Assembly (NCBI GenBank): GCA_950097015.1
Contig: CATNEN010000038.1
Span: 10,726,001-10,790,000 of the forward strand
DNA length: 64,000 bases
Source: Macrostomum hystrix
Taxonomy: Eukaryota; Animalia; Platyhelminthes
Direction of reading: 5' to 3'
The translations under genes and the position numbers were made by a program. Below the pieces are notes generated by a model. That model ran no database searches and was not told the DNA's origin. It was given only the letters and a program-made list of their open reading frames with translations. Below are positions 52,289 through 63,917 of this stretch, one piece after another; positions within the stretch are counted from its first letter, which is position 1, and every line of letters starts with the position of its first letter.

Positions 52289-53325
52289 TATGTTTTATAT
52301 GAGATAAAGCATGGCTTTATTCGGGAGCTATTTTCATAAATCCCTCGGGCCGAAGGCCCTCGGGATGCACAATTTGCTGAAATTTTATAATTTAAAAACG
52401 GTACAAGAATCTAGTCAAAAGCAAGGGTGCAAGTGATCAGCCCAATGCCAGCCGCACCGATTTTTTTAAATCCGGAAATTTGAAGGCTTTAAAAGATATG
52501 ATCTTTTATATAATCTTCAATATGAAGATAATTTAACGTGTGGTACAATTAAATCTAGTCAAAATCTATTAGAAAAGACGGATTTTGCAAGTGGTACAAG
52601 TGATTTTTTAAAGTGATGCGGCTGGCTTGCGGCTAGAGACACGTCGGTTATTTTTCTTGGATTCGTCAATCACCTTTAAAGGTTGGCGTTGCGGCAAATC
52701 AGTTTTGATAAAAACTATTTTCATTTTTTATTTAAATTTTTCCGTTGTTTAAAGTGTTTCAGAGATGAATTTATGCGATCGAATCGGTGCTCTCTACGAA
52801 ATGAGTTTTGTTCGACTGCTCAGAAAATTTAATTTACATCTAACGTTAGACTCAAACCAGTAGTCAATCGAGTATGAGTCTTTGGTAAGAACTACGACTG
52901 CGAAAACTAGAGTGTTTTAAGTGTGACAGCTACACCCAGCTAATTAATATCGACTACCCATGATTGAGTACAGTGTACTCAGCTCCACTCTGCGTTTATC
53001 GTTGTCAATTTTTTTCTTATTTTAACAAAACGACTCTTCGCCATCCGCGGCTCCGCCATCAGTTACTCACGTGAGTAGATTGATTATATTGTGTCGTTGA
53101 CAACGAATTTTGATTATCTAACACAATCGGAGAGACGTGATTGTCGCGGCCAACGTTGATTTACTGCAGGTGCGTCGGAGCAACAGGTATAAAAGGCGCA
53201 TGAGCTCAGGTTCAATTATCCTGGAGAGACGCAATTCGACTTTCATCGTCGATGTAGTCCATTTTATTGAACAATAATTATAATAAAGAAACTGAAAGAT
53301 TCCAAAAGCAAGAAACCGACTGGAA

Positions 53326-56107
53326 ATGCCACACAGTTTCCAATTTCTTAGCATTGCTCTTGTAATGCTCCTTTCTCAGCAGGTCACTGGTAAGTCTATG
53401 ATCATTTTCAGAGACGATCCGTTATAAACCTTGCTTTCAAAAACGCTACGCAGCTTCTAACGCTGCGGCAGACTGCGCCAAGCACAAGATGCTGAAGGCG
53501 GGCGGTGCAGTCGAGCTGACGGCAGAGGACGGAGCCTCGCTGATTTTGGCCAGTGTTGTGTTTAACACAGCAGACTGCCAGTTCCTGTGCGGCAAGCACC
53601 TCTGCGACCTGGCTTCGTTCCTGCCGACGGAGCGGCTGTGCCGCCTGGTGCAATTGCTTCCGGCGGCCTCCAGCCCGGAGAGTCTCGGCGGCCCCGCCGT
53701 CGGCAGCTTCGCACCGGAGAAAGATGGGGAGCTGCTGTGGCTGGTGGAGAACTTCCAGCAGCGGCTGCAGGCGAGGCGGCACAGCGTCCGACCGACGCGT
53801 GCGCTGAACGGCACCTTCCACAGTGAGTAATAACGTGCTCACCTCATGTTGAATGCACATGAGAGGGCACACGAGAGAGCAGATCTAGATAGAGCAGATT
53901 TTTTTGTTGATTACACCTGCCCCAGTTAGGCCAGATGTGCAGCCGACAGCACAGCCGCAGCTATTGCGTGGCTGTGGACTCTTGGGGCGCCACACCCACC
54001 CTCAATTACCCCAGCTGATGCTGGTACCCATTTAACAGCTGGTGAATTTGAGCAATGCAGAGATAAGTGTCTTGCTAAAGGACACAAATTGTTGCGGTGC
54101 ATTCGGGAATCGAACCCCGACCTTTAATTCGTGAGTCAAATGCTCTAACCAGTAGGCTACAAAACCTGTTAGATATAGAGATATAGAGTTAGTGCATAGA
54201 GAAACAAGGACATTGGCATTAAGCTTTTTTCCAGAAAGAATGTTAAGCTTTAAATATTTTTGAATGCCTTAGCATATTCAAAGATGAAGAAACACATTGC
54301 AACCTTCTTTTGTTAGAGTTTCGTAGGTTATAATAACCAAACGATCAAGGTTCAAATCAAAAGCAAGGTGTCTGCATTGACGCACCATTTGGTTACAGTA
54401 GACCCGAACCCGGAGGCAATTATGCCCATTCAGCTGACTCCTGAGCCTACACTCACAAAAGGAAGTACATTTGCCTTAACTATTATATTGTTCGGCAGTG
54501 AGCCCCCTGTGCCTTGGAGCGAAGCATAAATTGCACAAGTCCCCTAAACCCTCTCACCGCGGCTGCGCCCTATATGCCCTATATGCGCTCGATGTGCGAA
54601 ACGCGAACGCGTTAAACCACTCTGCCACCCAGACGCTACGCTGCATCATAGGTATAACACAAAGTCTAAAGTAGAGGTTCCACGTTTGGCTTGAGTTGTG
54701 GGTTGGTAACCACCGAGAGGCCTCAACTATCATCCCGAACACAAATTCACAGACAGCAGCGTCGGTCGCAACGGGTCCGTGCAGCTGGCCACCGTCACGC
54801 GGACCGGCTGCTACCGCATCGAGGCCTTCGGAGCAAGTGGCGGCTATTTTAGCGCGAAATTTGGTACCGGAAGCGCCGTCAGCAACGGTGGCAGAGGAGC
54901 GGCCATCTCGGGCTTCTTTAACCTCACGGAAGGCACCTTGATGTCCATTGTCGTCGGCCAGAGGGGCAATGTAACGAACTACAGTGAAGTCAGTGACATA
55001 ACAAAGTGCAGCAGTAGCGGTGGAGGCGGTGGTACGTTCGTGTACACTAGCAACGACAGTGCCCTGCTACTGGCTGCTGGAGGCGGCGGCGGGGCTTCTG
55101 TAGAATTTGAAGGTAAAATACAAGCTGAATTGGGTTACTCACTGTACACATAGTAATATTTGCGATAGGGCTGTGGGCATGGGCTCATGACTGTTTGATG
55201 GCAGGCTGCTGGAGGCTATTCTATACCTATTCAGCTGACTCCTGAACATGCAAAAGCTTGCACTCAGATAGATGTACATGTACAATCGTTATTCACTCGC
55301 ACAGGGTGTACATCCTAGCCCGAATTTTTCATTGTCAGCCATTTTACACTCCCATTTTGTGGCCTTGAGGTTTGCCCTTATGGCCAGACTATAGTTAACC
55401 GCTTCTGTACCACTCAGTATAAGGAGATAAAAGTGGGGATCGAACCATGGGTGGAAAGGCCACATCGGTAAGGAGCTTTTTGAGCGTCGTCAAGTCAAGC
55501 AAAGCCACACGAGGTCATTTGCGCTATTTAAGAGCTCTACTAAAAGAGCACCGTATACCTAATTACAATGAGAGTCCTAACATGTAAAAACTGATTGACT
55601 GCCTGCCCCTTCGCAGGAATAGACGGTCAAGGCGGAGTCAACGGAACCGATTCGATTGGACTAAACTTTCTAGCTCTGGGCTTCGGCGGCGCCAACGGAC
55701 AGCCAGGTTTGGACATGTCTACCGTGCCCTGCCAGAGTGAAGGCTCCGAGTCCTGCCGGCCTGCCGGTCCGGGAGCCGGCTGGGTCTTCAATTCGAGCTC
55801 TGTAGGACAGCGCGGTGGCAATCGCGGAGACTGCTGGATCTGCGGCGGCGTGGAACAAAGCGGCGGCTTCGGTGGCGGAGGCGGTGGATTTTACGATTCT
55901 GGAACTGTCGGATGTGATTACGGAGCCGGCGGAGGCGGCGGCGGCTTCAGCGGCGGCGGCGCCGGCACGGAAGCTGGTCAGGCGGGAGGTGGCGGAGGCT
56001 CCTTCTGCTCCGGCAGCCGCTGCAACGCCACAACTGGCGGTAACTCGGCCAGCCAGCACGGACAGGTTGTCGTGACACCTGTCGACCATATGGAATGCTT
56101 TTGGTGA
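53326..56107 (+). CDS. Secreted PAN-like + ALK/LTK-type glycine-rich domain protein, 4 exons (53326-53389, 53454-53822, 54753-55112, 55617-56107), 427 aa
   Basis: TATAAAAG at about 53188; signal MPHSFQFLSIALVMLLSQQVTA; three phase-1 GT-AG introns sum to 1284 nt in frame; TGCYRIEAFGASGG, GGRGAAISGFFNLTEG..IVVGQRG, GGGGGTFV..LLLAAGGGGGA and GGGGGFSGGG..GGGGGSF match the ALK/LTK Gly-rich domain; no TM or kinase. Confidence 0.88.
53911..54166 (-). mobile_element. CORE-like SINE (family A), intronic
   Basis: Minus strand GTAGCCTACTGGTTAGAGC..GGTTCGATTCCC..TGTGTCCTTTAGCAAGACACTTATCTCTG..CTGTTAAATGGGTA. Confidence 0.85.
54400..54630 (-). mobile_element. SINE family B, intronic, degenerate (further remnants at about 55205-55415, 48090-48182, 20175-20300, 31690-31795)
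   Basis: Minus strand GGTGGCAGAGTGGTTTAACGCG head and GCTCAGGAGTCAGCTGAAT..AATTGCCTCC..GGGTCTA 3' block. Confidence 0.7.
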
Positions 56108-56724
56108 ACTCGATGCTGCGGTAACGGTTTTGGAAGTGGAAATTAGTGACGAAGACAGAACGTATTTAGACTGCCTCTGAATTCACTTTACTAAAACAAA
56201 TAAAAAAACGGCCCACATGCGTCTATTCTATTCATTTTTTAAACTTATTATTATTTTTTTTAAAACGCGTAGTTTTGTAAACCGTTTTTTCGATGCGAGC
56301 ATGCGATTAAAACAGAAACCGCCGAATGCTCATGTTCTAGACTTAACCATTGTTAATTGATGTATCTTTATAATGAGTTATTTTTAGTGCCTTATCTAGT
56401 TCTTGTCTTGTCTTCGATAGTTTTCAAAGTCAACCGGCGTAAATATTTGTTCTAATCAAGTAATTTGTAACGGATTTAATACTTTATGCGATGCGTTCAT
56501 TTTTTATCCGTCGCGATCAGTAATAATGGTTTTATAATATAATAAACTAATATACTTCGAGTACTTGAACTGCGGTTATTTGAACCTTTGTCAATAACAA
56601 ATAATTATGCGAATGCCCACTAATTTTTCGGAAGGAAAAATTGCTCTTATAGCTTTACAGCTTGACACTCGATATACTCGTACAACATATAGCAACATAT
56701 AGAAATTAATTCGGCACTGGAGCC

Positions 56725-56948
56725 CTGGGGGAGGTTTCTCGAAACCAACTTAGGAAAGACCATAGACGTAAGTTGCCTAAACAAGACTTAAGGTTTTCTG
56801 GCAAGGACTTCTATATAATAGCATTATATATATATAGATGCTATTATATAGAAGTCCTTGTTACGAACACACTTAGGGTCTGCGCAAATTCCGGACTTAC
56901 AGGGGATCTTACCATAGATCTTATGACACTTTCGAGAAACCACCCCTG
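56725..56948. mobile_element. Small MITE-like palindromic element with a nested perfect hairpin
   Basis: Ends GGGGAGGTTTCTCGAAA ... TTTCGAGAAACCACCCC; inner 23-bp perfect inverted repeat at 56802-56824 and 56838-56860. Confidence 0.65.
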
Positions 56949-59027
56949 AGTCGGAATTCTGAGTATAGTGAGACTCACATTCTCAGGCTACAGTGTGCAG
57001 GAGAATTTAGCTTTTCCGAGTGTATTTTATAGCCAAACTCATTCGTTGTGTTAGATGGCTATAGGGATATTAGGGATATTATAGGTTAGATGTTTAGCAT
57101 TCCAAATTATATTTTAATTTAAGTCTTTTTAAAATCAGTGGCTTTCAATTTGCGGCAAAATTATTGAACTAGTTTATTTATTATTTTAGCTTGGTTTACT
57201 TAGGTTTTCAGAGTTAGTTTTTTTAATGCGTTTTAAAATGGATGACAAAGGCATTTGTCTCCTATTGTGCTGCTCTAGGCATATCTAGGCTTATTCTCTG
57301 TATAACTACAGTTATAGTACTATAGTGCTCCAATTTATTCTTTCTCCAACGCAGCTAGAATGGCCTGGGTGCCTTTTCGACACGCAGCTTAGACGTGCTG
57401 ACGCCTTTTTCTAAGCAATTCATTGTTCGCTGGTTTGAACTGCTTGGCCAGTTTGAACGCTGGGTGGGGCCATGAATTCCAGGTGAGGGTCGTATATAAA
57501 ATGTGAGCACACCTCAGGCACTTACACTCTTTATGTATGTAAAATATAGCGATGTATGGCGCCTTACTTCACGTGCGCCGCATCAGCTGATCGATCGTTG
57601 CCATGCATCCATACGAGCTGCAATGCGGCCCTGATCTGTACGTTGGACTTCATTCGAAGGGACCGCGCAAGAGCAGAGACGCGGTCGCTCGGTGCATTTC
57701 TTGGGCCGCCTTTTTATTTCACGATGAGATGGCGACTTAATATTTAGCGATCCCCGACTTTGCACCCGCAGTCAGTCTGAAGCATATGTCGACCGGCATG
57801 AAGTGAATGCAAACATGTGTTTGACGCTCATCTCTTTCACCTCAAGTTTGTGCATGGCCCTCGCGGAGTCTAATATCATTGTTGAGTTGATCCTTTTCAT
57901 ATTTTAAAACAAGGAACACTATATATAGCAGTTAGCTTTACATTAGCAGTCCTGGTTTTAAAATTCATACACTGGGCATCGAGCCTTGACGTGTAGCTTC
58001 AATTGCAATTTAAGCTAAATGAAGAAACACGAAGCGAACGATTTTTAGCTAAAAAGAAAAAAAGAACACGAAAACCACTAATTGATTAGGAAATCATCGC
58101 ATGCACTACATAGTTAATGATTCTTCGATCTCTTGATGGGCGAAAATCTCGATTACATGCAAGAACAACGAGAAACTGACAGTCATTGCTCAAGAAAACA
58201 ATTCGAATAAAGAATCAAGTTATTAAAAAAGTTTATTTTAAAAAAGTTACTTTTTATCTAATGTACAAGTGTACTATCTTCAAATTAAAAAAAATGATAA
58301 TAAAATTATTTAGGATTTTAAGATTATTTGAGTTCTAAGATATATTTGAGGAAAATACGTATTTCTTCGTGATTTTATGCAACTTTTTATTATAAACTGC
58401 CACTTTCGTAGAAGATAGGAAACAATTTGAATTGTTGAAAATTTTTCGGTTTATCTGAAAATATTTGATATGAAAGAAAAAAGGGAGTCAGCCAAACAAT
58501 AGTGTAGATATTGCCATGTTAAAAAACGAACTGAAAATTACACCTGCCCAGTTGAACCGTATGGCGTATGTTTATTATCTCTATCCCAGAGCGTATCACC
58601 CTGGTGAGAAGCGCATAAATAAAGGTATTAGCTATACAAAAACATGTTCTGGTACAGTAATTTCATCTAAATTCTACACGACTGCTTCTTTAGCATCAGC
58701 TTAATTATCAGCATTCATATAACTACATTTATTCAGTGAAAGCATAGATTTTGAAATGTCTGAATTTCTGAATCTTTTTGGGAATGAGTCGCAGAGTGGT
58801 CAATTTGATTTGCCTCTAGCACTGAGGTTCCAGGGCAAAGCCACATTTATTGTGGGATTTTGGTGCAGCCATAAAGAGAAATATTGCTGACTTGTTCTGC
58901 CTTGTAATTAAATTTATGCCCTTTTGGGCCAACCTCTAAAGCATATTTAAAATTACATTACCTGACTAAAAATTGAAAAGTTTAGGGTAGATGTAGGGGT
59001 CTATAGACTGGTGTGATTTTATACTTT

Positions 59028-59678
59028 TATAGGGTAATGTATCATCAACCAAACAGTGTATCTTCAAAACCGAACAAGAATTTTGACTCCTTCCTTGGTC
59101 TCGTGCAAGACAGAAACAAGCTATTGTGTTTCACAGAACAACTAATTTGAAAGTTGAAGAAATTATCTACAAGCTGAGGCATGATGTGCAATGAAGCATT
59201 AAGAGGAAAAAAAGATATTGATGTTTCAGTAGAAATTTTTATTGCAAAAGCATACTTTTTAACAACATTTTTTCAGTATGTACTTTAGACGAAGATTGTA
59301 TGCGGTTGCTTGCCAATTGAATGACCATAAATGTAGTTATTTATAGAGCATGAAAAATGCTTTCAAATGACATAATTCATGATAGATCACTCCTTAAAAT
59401 AAGATTAAACCACTCACTCAAATAGTAAAACCAAACATCAAATTCGCTGTTTGGTTTGAAGATACATGAAAATCATTGTTCGGTTTTAGATAAAAAGCAG
59501 GAATAACATTTTTTCTATTTGTCAAAATAGCAAAAGCAGATACTTTTTAGAAAGATGTAACTGTTTTCTATAACTTGGCTTTTGATTTATCATCATATCT
59601 TAAATAGAAAATCTGTAGCTTAGGTTTGAAGTTAAAAAAATACACATTCTTGTTTGGTTGATGATAAATTACCCTATA
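59028..59678. mobile_element. MITE with 28-bp TIRs, TA-flanked
   Basis: TATAGGGTAATGTATCATCAACCAAACA versus the reverse complement of 59651-59678: 27/28 match. Confidence 0.85.
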
Positions 59679-59964
59679 GTAAATGTGTGAGCTCTGTACT
59701 TTTTAAAGCAAACAATTTTGAAACACATTTTCTTAGCTATACATTTCTTAGCCATTGGCTATACTAGCAAGCTGTATCTATATAGTGCCACATTATTAGT
59801 AAATAGCCTAACATCCAGAGTTTCTTTTAGGCATGTTTCTCTAAAAATTTAAATAACTTTCTAAGTTACTTGTTTTCAATTTTAAGTGCTAGTCACTAGT
59901 TGATTTCTTATTTAAACTTCTTAAGTTCAATTCCTGAACAATTCATATAATTATATTTTACAAG

Positions 59965-60565
59965 CCATAGTCCGGATGGTGTAATGTGGTACGCTGGAAG
60001 GAAAAAGGAGGATTCCCAAGTGGTACGCCAGTGGTACGCCAAAAGAAAGACGTGGGGGTCCCTCAGTGTATAACGTTGCGGCACTAAAAATAATAACATT
60101 TCGACTTTGAAAACGGTAAAAATATAGCGGACAAACTTTAACAATTATTAAAAAATAACAGATATAATCAGCGCTCAGAAATTTATTTACCAACAATACT
60201 AGGCTACATTATTTTATTAATATTTTTATAAAATGATTAATCAAGTTATACAATGCAGGAAAAAATATATGCAATTTTTTACGTAAAATACATTGTCGTG
60301 TGATGTAGTCGTATCTTACAAGTATGTCGTAATTTACGCAAAATTACAAAAAGTTTTTACTCTGGCAACGATTTTTTGCCTGGTGGTGCCAATAGTACGC
60401 TAAAAGTGGTACGCCAATTCAACTTCAGCTTGGTGGTACGCCAAAGGTGTTACGCCAAATGCTTTTTCGAATCAGTGGTACGCCAATGGTGGTACGCCAA
60501 TTTTTCGGAAAACTCATTTGGTACGCCAGAAATCTCCGGCATACCAGTCACCTTCCGGAGTATGG
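59965..60565. mobile_element. Non-autonomous TIR element with 8-bp TSD (hAT/P-like)
   Basis: TSD TTTACAAG at 59957-59964 and 60566-60573; TIR CCATASTCCGGAWGGTG; repeated subterminal TGGTACGCC. Confidence 0.88.
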
Positions 60566-61450
60566 TTTACAAGTAGGATTAATTTATATATGCTCATTAC
60601 CTAAACTAAAAACAGTGTGGCTTAAGTTTCACATATTCATATGGGTAACAAACTTAGTTTTCACTATTGAATGACATGATCAAACACTTTTGATAGAATG
60701 TGTTTGACACATTGAAACAGCTAGGCAATTTAAATGTTGTGAATTTTGTGGATATTAGTAATTTACAGGATGAAAAATGAAATACTTTAGTTGTAGGAAT
60801 GAGCAAAGCTAAGTTATATTTTAAATACACACAATGAAATAACATTTACAATTTTTATAGGCAATTTCTACTCTTTCAAAGCTCTTCAGACTGTCGAGGT
60901 ATTCAATGTTTCTGGTCAAAGGTTAGATTTTTCCCATTAAAGCTAGTGTATTTTATACACCCCTATACACAAATTAGCACTGCACCTCAGTGCGTCGTTG
61001 CCAGGACTTCAAAATTTATCAGCATGTTATCCAGATGTGCCTGCATCGTCTCCATCTTTGGTGGTCACCTACCTTTATCTAGACGGACTTTTTGGACCTT
61101 CAAGGGCTACAACAGTTAGAAATAGGCCACTATGGACACCCTGATGCGAATTTCTCAAATTTCACTGATTAAGCCAAAATACCCCCCTTTCAGGATTCAC
61201 CCTTGGTATAAAATCTGGCGGAAAAATGGCTTGGTAGTCCTACAGTAAATATCGCAGACTTAGTGTTCATATTCAAAAATGAAAGCATCCTTTATAAAAA
61301 ATGTTATTCTGAAAGAAATATTGTTACTTATGACTATACAGCTAATATCTCCATACTGTTCCAGTTCAGCTTAATCTTCCAAAGAATCGAAATTCACCAG
61401 CAGAAAGAGTTCAGAGACGAAACAAATAAACCAATTCGCCCGGCCATAAG

Positions 61451-62503
61451 ATGATGTACTTTGAAGATTACATGGAGATGATTGAAGGCCTGCCCCAGGA
61501 TGTGCTGGAGAAGCTAACACAGATGAGGCAGTGCGACTTGGCTCTGGACAATACCCTGCAGCCGCTGAGCGCTCGCATAGCCGCTCTGTTCGCTCGACGC
61601 TGCCGAAACGACGGCGAGAACAATGACGACGACTCCGACGCAGATCGTGATGCCGACGGTAGCCGAGAATACGCCGACATCTGCGAGGAATTCGCCAAGG
61701 CGCGCGGCCACTCGGATGAGAAACTTCAACTGGCCAGGCAACTGTTGGAAACTCTCGGCCGACTCAGGCGCCGTCTGGGCCAGGAGGTGGAGAAATTCAA
61801 ACTGGAGCTGGAGGCCGATCACGCCGGTGTTACTAGCAGCATTGAGGATCGCCTTATGCGCGAAGAAGATCTTCGGCAGAATCAGCAGCAGCAGCAGCAG
61901 CAACAGCAGTTGGGCCTTGTGTCTGCGGTCACTAACGGCCACCACGATGCCGCCCTGGCCTCTCTAATTGGTCCAGATTCTCCGGCTAATTCTTCTACCG
62001 CGGCTGTCGCCGCCTCCACAGCGCCAATAACAGGCGGCGGTCATCGCCGGCCGCACAGTCCGCTATCCAGCGTCGGCAGCTCCTACGGCGATGTGGCTAC
62101 GCCAATTAGGCGAGGCGGAGGCGGCGCCGGCGCCGGACTGAAGCGGAGTCGAACTTCGTTCTTCTCCGGCTTAGAGCATCAGGCCCTGTCAGATTTCGAC
62201 CATTCGGCTGGCGCCGGCTCAGGGGTTGTCGGAGCTTCGTCCGACTCGTTGGTCGCTGCCTTTTTAAACGATGTCGGCTTAGACGAAGCGGCCGCCACTG
62301 TTGGCAGCTTCTCAACAGAGGATAATAAACGCTATTGCATCTGTCACGATGTGTCGCACGGCGAAATGATCGCCTGCGAGAACTCCGCCTGCCCGTTTGA
62401 ATGGTTTCACTTCGCCTGCGTTGGCCTCACAGTGGCGCCTAAAGGATCCTGGTATTGTCCGAGGTGCAAGCCGGGTGTTGCTAAGCGACAGAGGCTGAAG
62501 TAA
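61451..62503 (+). CDS. ING3: Inhibitor of growth family protein, ING3-like (ING coiled coil + PHD finger), intronless, 350 aa
   Basis: [15 protein letters not shown]-terminus, [13 protein letters not shown] motif characteristic of ING3, C-terminal PHD YCIC..GEMIAC....[26 protein letters not shown]. Confidence 0.92.
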   Translation: MMYFEDYMEMIEGLPQDVLEKLTQMRQCDLALDNTLQPLSARIAALFARRCRNDGENNDDDSDADRDADGSREYADICEEFAKARGHSDEKLQLARQLLETLGRLRRRLGQEVEKFKLELEADHAGVTSSIEDRLMREEDLRQNQQQQQQQQQLGLVSAVTNGHHDAALASLIGPDSPANSSTAAVAASTAPITGGGHRRPHSPLSSVGSSYGDVATPIRRGGGGAGAGLKRSRTSFFSGLEHQALSDFDHSAGAGSGVVGASSDSLVAAFLNDVGLDEAAATVGSFSTEDNKRYCICHDVSHGEMIACENSACPFEWFHFACVGLTVAPKGSWYCPRCKPGVAKRQRLK

Positions 62504-62584
62504 TCATACTCGTTTGGATGGACTCATTTTCTAAATCAGGCTTGTAATAAATCTTCATAAAAGTTAATGCTTTTATAGATTTCT

Positions 62585-63185
62585 AAATTTAGTACTCTCG
62601 TTCGATTCCAGGGTCGATTCCTTAAATCAAGTACTCTCTTCTAATATCTTAATCAGTTTATAAAACCTAGTAGCCTCGTTCGATTCCTAGTTCGATTCCT
62701 TTTATCTAGGATTCTCGTCTAATATGTTAATCGATTCGTAAAACCTAATAGCCTTGTTCGATTCCTTAAATCAAATAATCTTGTCCAATATCTTAATCAG
62801 TTTATAAGACCTAGTAGCCTCGTTCGATTCCTGGGTCGATTCCTTAAATCAAATAATCTTGTCCAATATCTTAATCAGTTTATAAGACCAAATAGCCTCG
62901 TTCGATTCCTGGGTCGATTCCTTAAATCAAATAATCTTGTCCAATATCTTAATCAGTTTATAAGACCTAGTAGCCTCGTTCGATTCCTGGGTCGATTCCT
63001 TAAATCAAATAATCTTGTCCAATATCTTAATCAGTTTATAAGACCTAGTAGCCTCGTTCGATTCCTGGGTCGATTCCTTAAATCAAATAATCTCGTCCAA
63101 TATCTTAATCAGTTTATAAGACCTAGTAGCCTCGTTCGATTCCTGGGTCGATTCCTTAAATCAAGTAGCTTTGTTCGATTCCTTA
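62585..63185. repeat. 78-bp tandem repeat with two B-box-like (G)TCGATTCC motifs per unit
   Basis: TTTATAAGAC recurs at 62801, 62879, 62957 etc.; units degenerate on the left. Confidence 0.93.
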
Positions 63186-63917
63186 GACGATTTCTAATAT
63201 CTTGCAGTCTTGTCTGATTTGAAAAATTTCATTGCATAGCAAGTAATTGCTTGGCGGTATTAATATGTTAGTTCGATTGTATATATATATTTATTTCTAA
63301 TGATGCAAATACTAAAAATAAATTGTGTCTGTTCTGTGTAAGTAAATTAACAAAAGCCTATTCAGTTGATTTTTTTGTTTGAAAAGTATGTTATTTATTG
63401 TTTATTCATTTGATTGATATACTTTAGTTACCGATATGTATTTTAGAAGGTAGATTAGAGGTATTTCAAAATACTTTACGATATCTCCCTAACCGAATGA
63501 CCAGTTTTTGTGAAAGTCCACCATATGGATCAAAAGTTTCCACTTTTTACGATGAACTGACTTTCGAAGCCGTACGAGTCAGCGTCGTCTAGATATCTAA
63601 CCAATCGTCATGAATTCTAGAACACAGGCAAACATTTGTTGAATATTTTGGGTGATACAGACACAAGAATTTGAAATACCCACATGGTCTATCTTCTGTT
63701 AATAGAAATCTAATATTAATTTCACCTAACCCAGTTGTGATCACATGTACAGATACAAATTCGAACTCCCGACCTTCAGATCGAATTTCCGCCGGGGCAC
63801 AATCTCACTAATATGGTTAAAACTTAAATATAACTGGACAGAACTTACAAGGCATTTCTGTTAAATGGAATTCCTGCTGTTCTAAAATAAGAATTAACTT
63901 CTTTTTAACTATTTCAG

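Larger units (their letters stand above)
48910..52370 (-). mobile_element. Crypton-like tyrosine-recombinase DNA transposon (boundaries approximate), containing a nested Tc1
   Basis: YR ORF; no long TIRs or LTRs; motif CCGGGATTWTATT on both sides of the ORF; GAA-loop hairpin at about 52342-52364. Confidence 0.7.

Noticed and set aside
57814-57880. Possible signal-peptide exon MCLTLISFTSSLCMALAESNII after a TATA at about 57493
   Set aside because: Weak donor and no partner exon identified; insufficient support.
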